From a virus (lineage: Duplodnaviria > Caudoviricetes): a stretch of DNA of 64,000 nt. A model generated the notes under the pieces. That model was given only the letters and a program-made list of their open reading frames with translations, ran no database searches and had not been told where the DNA came from. The stretch covers positions 17,698 through 81,697 of IMG/VR virus record IMGVR_UViG_3300037067_026376; one strand, given 5' to 3'. The translations under genes and the position numbers were made by a program. This document shows, in pieces, positions 7,079 to 15,404 of this stretch; within the stretch, counting starts at the first letter, position 1, and every line of letters begins with the position of its first letter.

Positions 7079-7416
7079 TATTTCTGACCTTTAGGAATAT
7101 TATGTTTCCAAAAACCAAAATCTGTAACTGTATCGAGATTTACAAACCAGTCCCCCATTTCTTCATATTCATTTAATTCCCCGCCCTTAATAGCTTGCAT
7201 AAATCTTCCTGAATCAGCTACCCATATAGCTTGAGATAAAAATACAATTTTACCTATTAGCTTTTCGACCTTACCAATAATATGATAAGTAACTGTCCGC
7301 AAAAATAGTGTTTTACCTACAAGATCATTCAAATCAGATACATCAATTTTTTCATTTTCCCCTAGCTGATCTTTAATTAATTCATAGGTCTCGTCGCTGA
7401 CATTTAACGTTTTCAT
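7078..7416 (-). CDS. putative Sm/LSm-like beta-barrel protein
   Basis: GKTLFLRTVTYHIIGKV...LSQAIWVADSGRF...GDWFVNLDTV fits Sm1/Sm2 strand spacing; fold is inferred. Confidence 0.5.
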   Translation of the reverse strand: MKTLNVSDETYELIKDQLGENEKIDVSDLNDLVGKTLFLRTVTYHIIGKVEKLIGKIVFLSQAIWVADSGRFMQAIKGGELNEYEEMGDWFVNLDTVTDFGFWKHNIPKGQK

Positions 7417-7430
7417 AAATTCTCTTTTTT

Positions 7431-7907
7431 TTATTTTAATATCTGTATTATATACGATACGTGAATCCCTTCATAAGCTCCTGCACTCTCTACCAGGTAA
7501 TGATAATCCCCGGATTCTGAAGGAGTATAGTGATAAATTATTTTATTCCCTGTTTCTATCTCGCTGTAACGGTCACTATTATCCTTCGACCAACAAGCTC
7601 TAACATCCTGACCCGTGGTATAAGTAAACGCGATATAAGTGATACCTGCTTCCAGTTTAATGGGATAGCTGGCGGTACGTTTGTAATAAACTCTGTCAAA
7701 AGATGTCCAGCAGATACCGTCAACTTCATGACCCTCGCGGATAAGCTTATTCTGATAATCTACGATAAATTCAGAAATATCAAAGAGAAGTTGTTCCGTT
7801 ATTATTTCTTCTTTTTTTTCTCTTTCAGCTACAGCTTTATCCCAATACATTTGATTAAGATTGAGAGAAGAAAAAATTATTAAAAAAGTAACAATTATTT
7901 TATTCAT
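7431..7907 (-). CDS. putative secreted protein
   Basis: N-terminal signal-peptide-like MNKIIVTFLIIFSS. Confidence 0.55.
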   Translation of the reverse strand: MNKIIVTFLIIFSSLNLNQMYWDKAVAEREKKEEIITEQLLFDISEFIVDYQNKLIREGHEVDGICWTSFDRVYYKRTASYPIKLEAGITYIAFTYTTGQDVRACWSKDNSDRYSEIETGNKIIYHYTPSESGDYHYLVESAGAYEGIHVSYIIQILK

Positions 7908-8169
7908 AACTTATTATTTCAAAATATGCGGTATAAAAAAGTTCATTATCCAATATATCGAACTTCTGATCAACTAAAAAGCATCGCCCTGTTGTTATTC
8001 CTAATTCCGGTACATAACAACATAAATCAGGCAAATTTTTAAAATCATGACTTAAAAAATCTATAAGTTCAAAATTTTCTTCAGTATTTAATTTTAAAAT
8101 AAACCCTTTATCCATTTCAGTAATTTTTGCCTTATTTACATTAAATTGATCTATTTGTATCGTTTTCAT
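7900..8169 (-). CDS. hypothetical protein
   Basis: 89 aa, overlaps the downstream start. Confidence 0.55.
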   Translation of the reverse strand: MKTIQIDQFNVNKAKITEMDKGFILKLNTEENFELIDFLSHDFKNLPDLCCYVPELGITTGRCFLVDQKFDILDNELFYTAYFEIISYE

Positions 8170-8175
8170 ATTTTT

Positions 8176-8445
8176 TTATTCCGAACTTGAACCTATTTTA
8201 GCGCCTATTTTTCTATTTTCAATCTGCCATAGAGGAACGTGAAGAACAAAGTCCCACATCATCTCTCGACTCATTATTAGATGATTTACTAATTCACACC
8301 ACTCTTCTTTCGTGGGATAACAATTATCGAAAATTTCTTTATAACAATCTTTACATGCTCTCTCAAATCCCTCCCAATCTTCTCGACGATAAAAATATAA
8401 ATCTTGCGCTATTACAGATAATTCTTTTGCTTTTTGAGTAATCAT
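8176..8445 (-). CDS. hypothetical protein
   Basis: 89 aa in operon orientation. Confidence 0.55.
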   Translation of the reverse strand: MITQKAKELSVIAQDLYFYRREDWEGFERACKDCYKEIFDNCYPTKEEWCELVNHLIMSREMMWDFVLHVPLWQIENRKIGAKIGSSSE

Positions 8446-8479
8446 CTAAAAATAATTTTCCCTGAAATATTTTTTAAAA

Positions 8480-8619
8480 ATCGAGACAAATAATGAGAAA
8501 GTGTTTTCTTTACCGGTGTGTTTGACCAACTTCACTACCCCGCGGATAATTCGCGGGGGGAGGATTTGAACCTCCGAATGCCGGTTCCTATCGAAGTATC
8601 TCTCTCGTCAGTACTCAAT
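8480..8619 (-). ncRNA. YrlA-type Y RNA (copy 4)
   Basis: Outer stem with ACTGA/WTACTTCG, then T arm GGAGG-TTCAAAT-CCTCC, loop-closed acceptor CCCCGCG/CGCGGGG, and D arm; starts 4 nt after the rsr stop. Confidence 0.8.
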
Positions 8620-8623
8620 TATA

Positions 8624-10036
8624 TTAAATTTCTATCTCCTCGATTCTTTTAATAAGGGTATTTTTATCCTGCTCCAATGCCGCTATTATTTCGAATATGT
8701 TCTCGGAAAATCCGGCAATAGTCATTATTTTATTACCTATTATCTGAGATGTCCCATATCCCTGCAAATCGAAGGAATAAATATAAGGATCACAATTATA
8801 AGACTTTTTATATTGATTAAATTCTGATTGTGGAGTATTGCCACCCATCCATCCCTGCATATCGCTCAATATTATGATTCTGTCATAAGCCTTACTTGCT
8901 TTCTGAAATATAGAATGAAAATTAGTTCCGCCGCTTGCGAATCTGACTGAATTTGCTAAAGTGATAAGAGTATCGTCAGTGTTTACAGTTCTATATCTTG
9001 CATCGTTATTAAAAGTCATGAAATCACAGTTGTTAGTCTTTACAAGCGCCATAGCAAATAATGATCCTATCTGTGCAGGTTTGCCAGTCATCGAACCGGA
9101 TTCATCAAGAACAACAAGAGTTTTTCCCTTAAATCTCGGGACATTGCTTAATGAAATCTCAACTGCTTTATTCAGATATTTCTTAATCTTAGCGTTGTTG
9201 ACTTCTTCGTAAGCCGTAGTAAATCGGAACGGGAGAACCATGGATTTATAAATTCTTTTTTCGTTTACAAGTTCCTCACATGCTTTATCGATAGCTTCAG
9301 GAGCATTTTCCTGAATATTACGCAGATTACGGATAAGGGCAAAATATTCCAGTTTGGGGTTATTTACGAATTCAATCCATGCCTCTTTCTTCAGCATAAA
9401 TTTTTCTTCCTCGTTCTTCGCCTTCTGACCCGCACCTGTGAGTTTGGATTCCCATGTTGTAGTTGATTTTAATTCATCTCTTACAAGTTTAGCCAACGCA
9501 TCCGAGTTCTTTTCCGATCCCTTCGGATGAAGAAGATTTACAGCATCTATAAGTTTGAACTCTTTTCCTTCTCCTCTGTATTTCGCGATCTGATAGGCAT
9601 CAAATTTATCAAATGCTTTCTTCAGACCCTTTCTTAATGAGTTTGGAATAGGCTTTTTATAGTTACTCAGATAGTATGAAAGTATCTCTGTAATATCATC
9701 GGTGCGATATACTACTTTATCGAAAAAATTCTTTGTCCAGTTCTCGCCCTTTACCTGTTTCGCGATCTCTCCAGCAACGATATGAGTGATAGATCTCATC
9801 CGAAACTCGTTGCGAGCAAATATTGCTGATTTCGCCACAAACTTTTTATCCTTCATCCCGGAAATCATTCTCTTGATTTCTTCAATGTTTGTTTCCTCTG
9901 ATCTGTAGAATTGATCATTTACAAATGAAGTAAGGAGAAACGTCACGAACTCCATTTTATCCGGGAGCTTGTATGCGCGTCCACCCGCCAGGTTTTCCGT
10001 TTTAGCGCTTTGTGTTTTTGTATTAAATTTAGACAT
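8624..10036 (-). CDS. rsr: Ro60/TROVE-domain RNA-binding protein (Rsr) with vWA domain
   Basis: TENLAGGRAY, FARNEFRMRS, DAYQIAKYR, LIDAVNLLHP, TWES, ALIRNLRN, PFRFTTAY; vWA DESGSM, GGTNF, LSDMQ. Confidence 0.93.
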   Translation of the reverse strand: MSKFNTKTQSAKTENLAGGRAYKLPDKMEFVTFLLTSFVNDQFYRSEETNIEEIKRMISGMKDKKFVAKSAIFARNEFRMRSITHIVAGEIAKQVKGENWTKNFFDKVVYRTDDITEILSYYLSNYKKPIPNSLRKGLKKAFDKFDAYQIAKYRGEGKEFKLIDAVNLLHPKGSEKNSDALAKLVRDELKSTTTWESKLTGAGQKAKNEEEKFMLKKEAWIEFVNNPKLEYFALIRNLRNIQENAPEAIDKACEELVNEKRIYKSMVLPFRFTTAYEEVNNAKIKKYLNKAVEISLSNVPRFKGKTLVVLDESGSMTGKPAQIGSLFAMALVKTNNCDFMTFNNDARYRTVNTDDTLITLANSVRFASGGTNFHSIFQKASKAYDRIIILSDMQGWMGGNTPQSEFNQYKKSYNCDPYIYSFDLQGYGTSQIIGNKIMTIAGFSENIFEIIAALEQDKNTLIKRIEEIEI

Positions 10037-10260
10037 CAGTTTCCTCCTAATGGAACATTATTTATTAAACATGCTCTTATAAAGCCTTCGCGATATGCCG
10101 CATTTAAAAGCAACACTTCGTCATCTATTTCCCTGATAGATGAAATCCCGGCATATCCTTTTCTGATTATGGTTTCATCATATATTATTTTAAAGAAACA
10201 AACAAATATACACCATTTCTTTTCCAACATATACGGTTTAGGGATTTCATTCAGTTTCAT
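10036..10260 (-). CDS. hypothetical protein
   Basis: 74 aa, coupled to rsr by a TGATG overlap. Confidence 0.5.
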   Translation of the reverse strand: MKLNEIPKPYMLEKKWCIFVCFFKIIYDETIIRKGYAGISSIREIDDEVLLLNAAYREGFIRACLINNVPLGGN

Positions 10261-10276
10261 ATTTTTATATTAAAAA

Positions 10277-10401
10277 GCAGGACAAAATTTAGTAGGGTGT
10301 GTCGCCTTTCGGCGTCGTCCGGATTTGAACCGGTTCAAAAAATTCAAGATTTTTTTGCTTAACCAATAAGCTTCGAAGTAACCCTATCTATCAGTACCTG
10401 C
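10277..10401 (-). ncRNA. Y-RNA-like element (copy 3) with non-permuted D/anticodon/T arms
   Basis: GCAGG/CCTGC and TAGGGT/ACCCTA stems, TTACTTCG, T arm CCGG-TTCAAAT-CCGG. Confidence 0.7.
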
Positions 10402-10414
10402 CGTTATTTTCATA

Positions 10415-10549
10415 ACAGGAATAAAATTTAAGAGAGAAATTTTTAGCGCTCTCCCAGCTGAGCTATAGGCCACCGCAGCGGCCTGGCAGGATTCGAACCT
10501 TGCCACCTCTAGATTAACAGTCGAAGTAACTCTCTTATCAATACCCTGT
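10415..10549 (-). ncRNA. YrlA-type Y RNA (copy 2)
   Basis: ACAGG/CCTGT and AAGAGAG/CTCTCTT stems, TTACTTCG, T arm GGCAGG-TTCGAAT-CCTGCC, loop-closed acceptor, D arm GCTC-AGCTGGGA-GAGC. Confidence 0.85.
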
Positions 10550-10570
10550 ATTTTAAAATTTAAAATAACT

Positions 10571-10634
10571 ATCGGAACAAAACTAAGAAGAGGATTATTT
10601 CCCAACGAAGTATCTCTTCTTTTCAGTTTCCGAT
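10571..10634 (-). ncRNA. minimal Y-RNA-like element (copy 1)
   Basis: ATCGGAA/TTCCGAT and AAGAAGAG/CTCTTCTT stems with ACTGA and ATACTTCG; no tRNA-like domain. Confidence 0.65.
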
Positions 10635-10737
10635 ATTTCCCGGAAATGATTGAAGTTATCGCAATCCCCGGTCTTCAAAAACTAACCTACGTTTTGTCCG
10701 TCACGATTCTGACGGCCCTGATACTATATATATCGTA

Positions 10738-13700
10738 CTAAAATGGAATTTGCCCTAAGTTTTTTATTTTTTCACAAAAATTTTTTATTCCTTCTTTGAA
10801 AAGTTCTTTATTCTCAGAAGCATAAATAGTGCTCACTGGGTGGAGGCAAAAACATACCCAACACCCGTATTTTTCATTCCATTCCGTAGTTCCGGATTTG
10901 TTAATAATACCGGTATCATTATCTGTGAAAAACTTAATATTCGCGTTTCCCAGAGCTAATACGACAAATGGATTTATACTCCTGAGTTCTTCATCAAGCC
11001 ATTTCCTGCATCTATCAACGTGTTTTCGCGTAGGATTCTTTATTGTCCTACCGGGGTAACATTTGCATACATTTGTAATTTGAAAATCTTCTCTTAAATG
11101 ACCATATAATCCAAGTTCATACCATAAAATATCTCCGGAATCATGGATGAATCCTCTTCCTTGTTTATCCTCGAATTTTCCTGGGGATTCTCCTATGATC
11201 ATTATGTTATAATTTCCTATGGTTGGCAATACAGGTGCTTTGCATTCTTTTCTTAACTCGCAATCCTGACATTCAAGAATGTCTTTATTCCGGAATCTTT
11301 TGACAGGTTTCATCAAATTAAGAGGTAGATTTGATATATTACCCGATATAAGATCATTTTCTCTGTTTGTTACTAAATCAATAAATTCCGTATCTGTTAC
11401 CACGTCAGATAACAGATTATAAAGTTTCGCGTATCTTCCCATGACCCCTTTCATTATAGAGATACTGAGGTATTCCGAGATATGTTCCGCCTCTTCATCA
11501 CGTACTGGGACATCATCATAAGCCTTTATTTCATCAAGTATCTTCATAAATTTATCCGGTATCTTTCTCTTACTCTTCCCGGATTCATAAAATCCCTGGC
11601 CCTCTTTTATATTTTGAAAGGCTATCGCAGTTTTTTCTCCGATCCCTTTTATCTCGGTGAATGGGGCATATAATATTCCATTCCGGATTATCCATAACGT
11701 GGGATCGCTTATTCCTATTTTCGGCGGTCTTATCTCTATCCCTAATCGGAAAGCCTCCGCTATATATTCATTCTTTTTATCTTCATCTTCGGTACCGCAG
11801 GTAAGCAAGGCGCAGATAAATTCTGCGGGATAATTTAATTTGCTCCACATGCAATAATATGTAATCATAGAGTAGGGCACAGCGTGCCCCTTCGTAAATG
11901 CGTAGCCTCCCATAGCTGCCAACTCATTCCATAACATAGACGCCTGTGTCTCCGAAAGTGTGCCTTTTCCTAAGCATCCCTGAACGAATTCACCCTGATA
12001 TTTAAGAAATGCTTCTTCACCTTTTGATTTAGCCACTACTTTTCTTATCTTATTCGCTGTGGCCCAACTCATGCCAGCAAGCTCAATTACCATTTGCATT
12101 AATTGCTCCTGATAAAGAATGATCCCATAGGTATCTCTTGTTATCCCTTCAACTAAGGGATGAATATAATGTACAGGTTCAGTCCCCCTCTTCCTGTTGA
12201 CGAAATCATTACTTAAACCGGATTTTAATGCACCCGGCCTATAAAGAGAGGTTGCGTGTACTAGCATTTCAAAATTATCTATTCCCAAATCCTGACAGAA
12301 TTCTCTTTGACCCTGAGTTCCGACCTGAAAGCAACCTACATTATTTCCTTTTGATAATTCTTCAAAACATTTTGGATTTCTCAAATCTAAATCTTCAAAT
12401 TTGATGTCGATACCATGATTTTCTTTTATAAGTTTTTTCGTAAAATTTAATACTGATAACGTACTTAGGCCAAGTATATCAAGTTTCATCAATCCCATAT
12501 ACTCAATATCTTCTTTATCCCAATTTATTATTGGTTCTTTATCCTTGCCCAATGCGAAGGAGCATCTGGTACCATTTCTGAGATCTTCATCACTAATAAC
12601 AACGGCTGCGGCGTGCTGGCCGCGATTTTTAGATACTCCTTCAGTTGCAATGGAAATATCACAGATTTCTGGAAACTTTTTATGAAATTCTCTTCCTTCA
12701 TCAAATTCATTAATTGCGGAGCTAATTGTAGCGCCATAGCCTTCTTCTCCTTTTAATTTATCTTCTATCACTTTACAAAATATATTCACTTCCTTGAGAG
12801 GAATATCGAAAACCCGGCTTACATCCCTAACCGCGCTTTTTCCTTTCATTTCTGAAAATGTACTCACCGCGGCCACGTTCCATTTCCCATATAATTCTTC
12901 GAGATGTTTACGGATTAAAGGCTTCTTTACATCTTCAAAATCTATATCGATATCCGGATAATCAAATCTTTCCAGAGAAAGAAAGCGCTCAAATAAAAGA
13001 TTATATTCTAAGGGGTCAGGAAGGGTTATCCCTAACAAATAACATACAAGAGAGCCAGAACTTGAGCCACGGCCCGGACCGGTCATGACATCGTTTTCTT
13101 TGCACCATTGAATGAGTTCCCATACGATAAGAAAATATTTCGCGAATCCTTTTTCTTTTATGAGGTCTAACTCATGCCACATCCTTTCCCTGTATAATTC
13201 TTCGTTCTTTCCGGTAATAATTATTTTATCTGAAAACCCTTCAAAGCATAACTTGTTGAGTATTTTTTCATCAGTTTCCCATATAAATTTAGGAACAGTA
13301 GGGAGAGATATTGTTTTCTTTTCTATCTTTTGAAAGCCGGAGCATTTCTCCGCAATTTCCATTGTATTTCTAAGCGCTTCCTGATATATACCGTCAGGTA
13401 TAACAGCCTGCTCTTTAAATCCTCTTATCATTTCACGATAACTCTTTAAGTAATAACTATCTCCGGTAAATTTCCATCTCTTTTTATCCGACCATTTGGA
13501 TTTAGTCTGTATCGCGAGCAACACCTCATGAGCTTTCGCGTCCTCGGGATAAACGTAATGCGCGTCGTTGCTGCATACAAGAGGAACACCCGTTTTGTGA
13601 CATAAATAATCACATAATTGATTTGTTTCTTTTTGTTTATCGAAATCATGAGGCATTATTTCCAGATATAATAAACCCGGGATTCGTTGTTTTAATTCTT

Positions 13701-14154
13701 CAAATAAGTTTAACCCCCAGGGATAATGCAGAAATGTTTCAGAGCATCCCGTCATCACTATTAACCCTTCAATATGTTTCAATAAGATGGAGGGATCTAT
13801 GCGGGGCCTGTAGTAAAAACCATCTATATTTGCGATTGTTGTCATTTTAAGGATATTCTGAAATCCCTCTTCATTCTTAGCCAAGACAGTAATGTGAGCA
13901 CGCTTATCGCCTTTTTCTTTTATCGCTGCATCTTCTGTGATATAAAATTCCTGTCCTATGATTGGAATGATATTTGCCTCTTTACAGGCGTTTTGAAATT
14001 TTATCGCGGAATCGCAATTGCCGTGATTTGTAATGGCCAGGAATTGAAATCCAAGTTCCGATGCGCGTTTTGCATAATCTTCCGGTTTACCGAAACCATC
14101 GAGAAGGCTATAGGTGTCATGAACATGAAGATGACAAAAGGGTTGAATTGACAT
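10738..14154 (-). CDS. dnaE: DNA polymerase III alpha (DnaE-type) with C-terminal family-4 UDG-like domain
   Basis: PHP domain (HLHVHDTYSLLDG, AITNHG, SNDAHY), GPGRGSSSGSL, PDIDIDF, KLDILGL, ILYQEQ, FTKGHA; last ~190 aa has CQDC, GESPG, TNVCKC, HP. Confidence 0.95.
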   Translation of the reverse strand: MSIQPFCHLHVHDTYSLLDGFGKPEDYAKRASELGFQFLAITNHGNCDSAIKFQNACKEANIIPIIGQEFYITEDAAIKEKGDKRAHITVLAKNEEGFQNILKMTTIANIDGFYYRPRIDPSILLKHIEGLIVMTGCSETFLHYPWGLNLFEELKQRIPGLLYLEIMPHDFDKQKETNQLCDYLCHKTGVPLVCSNDAHYVYPEDAKAHEVLLAIQTKSKWSDKKRWKFTGDSYYLKSYREMIRGFKEQAVIPDGIYQEALRNTMEIAEKCSGFQKIEKKTISLPTVPKFIWETDEKILNKLCFEGFSDKIIITGKNEELYRERMWHELDLIKEKGFAKYFLIVWELIQWCKENDVMTGPGRGSSSGSLVCYLLGITLPDPLEYNLLFERFLSLERFDYPDIDIDFEDVKKPLIRKHLEELYGKWNVAAVSTFSEMKGKSAVRDVSRVFDIPLKEVNIFCKVIEDKLKGEEGYGATISSAINEFDEGREFHKKFPEICDISIATEGVSKNRGQHAAAVVISDEDLRNGTRCSFALGKDKEPIINWDKEDIEYMGLMKLDILGLSTLSVLNFTKKLIKENHGIDIKFEDLDLRNPKCFEELSKGNNVGCFQVGTQGQREFCQDLGIDNFEMLVHATSLYRPGALKSGLSNDFVNRKRGTEPVHYIHPLVEGITRDTYGIILYQEQLMQMVIELAGMSWATANKIRKVVAKSKGEEAFLKYQGEFVQGCLGKGTLSETQASMLWNELAAMGGYAFTKGHAVPYSMITYYCMWSKLNYPAEFICALLTCGTEDEDKKNEYIAEAFRLGIEIRPPKIGISDPTLWIIRNGILYAPFTEIKGIGEKTAIAFQNIKEGQGFYESGKSKRKIPDKFMKILDEIKAYDDVPVRDEEAEHISEYLSISIMKGVMGRYAKLYNLLSDVVTDTEFIDLVTNRENDLISGNISNLPLNLMKPVKRFRNKDILECQDCELRKECKAPVLPTIGNYNIMIIGESPGKFEDKQGRGFIHDSGDILWYELGLYGHLREDFQITNVCKCYPGRTIKNPTRKHVDRCRKWLDEELRSINPFVVLALGNANIKFFTDNDTGIINKSGTTEWNEKYGCWVCFCLHPVSTIYASENKELFKEGIKNFCEKIKNLGQIPF

Positions 14155-14179
14155 TTATATAAATATTCCTTTAAAGATT

Positions 14180-14458
14180 TCAGTATTTATTTTGTTCCAA
14201 AGAGTTTTCGTAATCTTCTTTTGATAATGCTTTATTGCACCATGGGCAATAACATTTATAATCGTAGACTGTTATTGCATTATCTATGATTTTTGTCTCC
14301 GGAACTATATCCCAGCCCATTTTTTTTAGAAACTCAATGGCATCTTTCTTTGTCTCCCCGGGTTCAAGGGAAAGAATTAATTCTCCCCAGCAATATCCCT
14401 GGTTTTCTATGTTGTCGTCGTCACAATTAACCTGAACCGTGTTTACTAATTTAAGCAT
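14180..14458 (-). CDS. hypothetical protein
   Basis: 92 aa; CxxxC and YCPWC. Confidence 0.55.
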   Translation of the reverse strand: MLKLVNTVQVNCDDDNIENQGYCWGELILSLEPGETKKDAIEFLKKMGWDIVPETKIIDNAITVYDYKCYCPWCNKALSKEDYENSLEQNKY

Positions 14459-14708
14459 TATTCAACCTCCATTTTCGTCCTCTACCAACTAATATTTTTC
14501 CCTTCGCTATGACAGATCCGGAGGGATCAATATATACTTTGCCTTTTTCACATAACTCTCCATTAACTCTTATTGTGCGTGCGCCGCTGATATGCACGTT
14601 ATGGCTCGCCAAATAAGCATTGATTGCTATTGCTACTTCCGCCCCGGTCAAAAAGATATCAATTCCAGGGCCAAATTCTGTCTTGCCTTGGCCATATTTA
14701 ATTATCAT
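14451..14708 (-). CDS. hypothetical protein
   Basis: 85 aa, coupled ORF. Confidence 0.6.
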   Translation of the reverse strand: MIIKYGQGKTEFGPGIDIFLTGAEVAIAINAYLASHNVHISGARTIRVNGELCEKGKVYIDPSGSVIAKGKILVGRGRKWRLNNA

Positions 14709-15004
14709 TTTAACACTCTACCGTACCAATGAGATGTATATTTAATTTTATCGCCTTTATCGTATCTGTAGAAATGATTTTTGCTAACCTCTAATTCAAT
14801 GATATTATCATATTCCCAGAATACTAAAATATATTTATCCGGAGTATATTCGTTATCGTTATGGTAATTTTCATCTGTATCATAATCTGATACATGGTGA
14901 TAATGACTCGGAGCATAAAGTTTCTCGATTATTACAGATTCCATGTCTATGGGTTCTCTGCAGGACAAAAAAATTAACGCTAAAATTATAAATATTTTTT
15001 TCAT
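14705..15004 (-). CDS. putative lipoprotein
   Basis: MKKIFIILALIFLS-C lipobox-like N-terminus. Confidence 0.55.
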   Translation of the reverse strand: MKKIFIILALIFLSCREPIDMESVIIEKLYAPSHYHHVSDYDTDENYHNDNEYTPDKYILVFWEYDNIIELEVSKNHFYRYDKGDKIKYTSHWYGRVLK

Positions 15005-15176
15005 CTCTATAACCCCATTTCATTTTTCAATTTATCAAAGGAATCATTATACTCTTTTTCTTTTCTATCGCAAAACCTAGACCCGGATTCACAACGTTCT
15101 CTATGAGAGCGAACCTTGTTATGATGCTCTCTTTTCTTTTTATTCCGCGCTAATTTTTTCTGTCTTAATTTTTCAT

Positions 15177-15374
15177 TCATGGTTTCAACTCCTTTTCATA
15201 ATCCCATAATACCTTATTCCATCTGGGAACATCCATCCATCTCAAAACCAGCTCCATCACCATCAACAGGCATTCCCGGCATAGCCAAAATTCCTCTTCT
15301 CTTACGGGAAGAATAATTTTATCGATTGCTTCTGCTTTTTTGCATCTGCAACAGATATGTTTTTCATTTGTCAT
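15177..15374 (-). CDS. small Cys-rich protein
   Basis: CCRC...LCREC. Confidence 0.5.
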   Translation of the reverse strand: MTNEKHICCRCKKAEAIDKIILPVREEEFWLCRECLLMVMELVLRWMDVPRWNKVLWDYEKELKP

Positions 15375-15404
15375 TATATTTATCGGAATATTTTAAATTT
15401 TTAC

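Noticed and set aside
8176-10260. RtcB/RtcA RNA-repair genes next to rsr
   Set aside because: Neighbouring ORFs are 74-89 aa with no RtcB or RtcA motifs; such genes could lie outside the window.
10415-10549. Canonical tRNA-Asn(GTT)
   Set aside because: The arms are in permuted order (anticodon, T, acceptor loop, D) and the acceptor is closed by a loop, so it is a YrlA-type RNA rather than a tRNA.
10384-10605. 73-aa minus-strand ORF
   Set aside because: It overlaps three structured RNA elements, has no clear RBS, and its translation is the typical tRNA read-through pattern.
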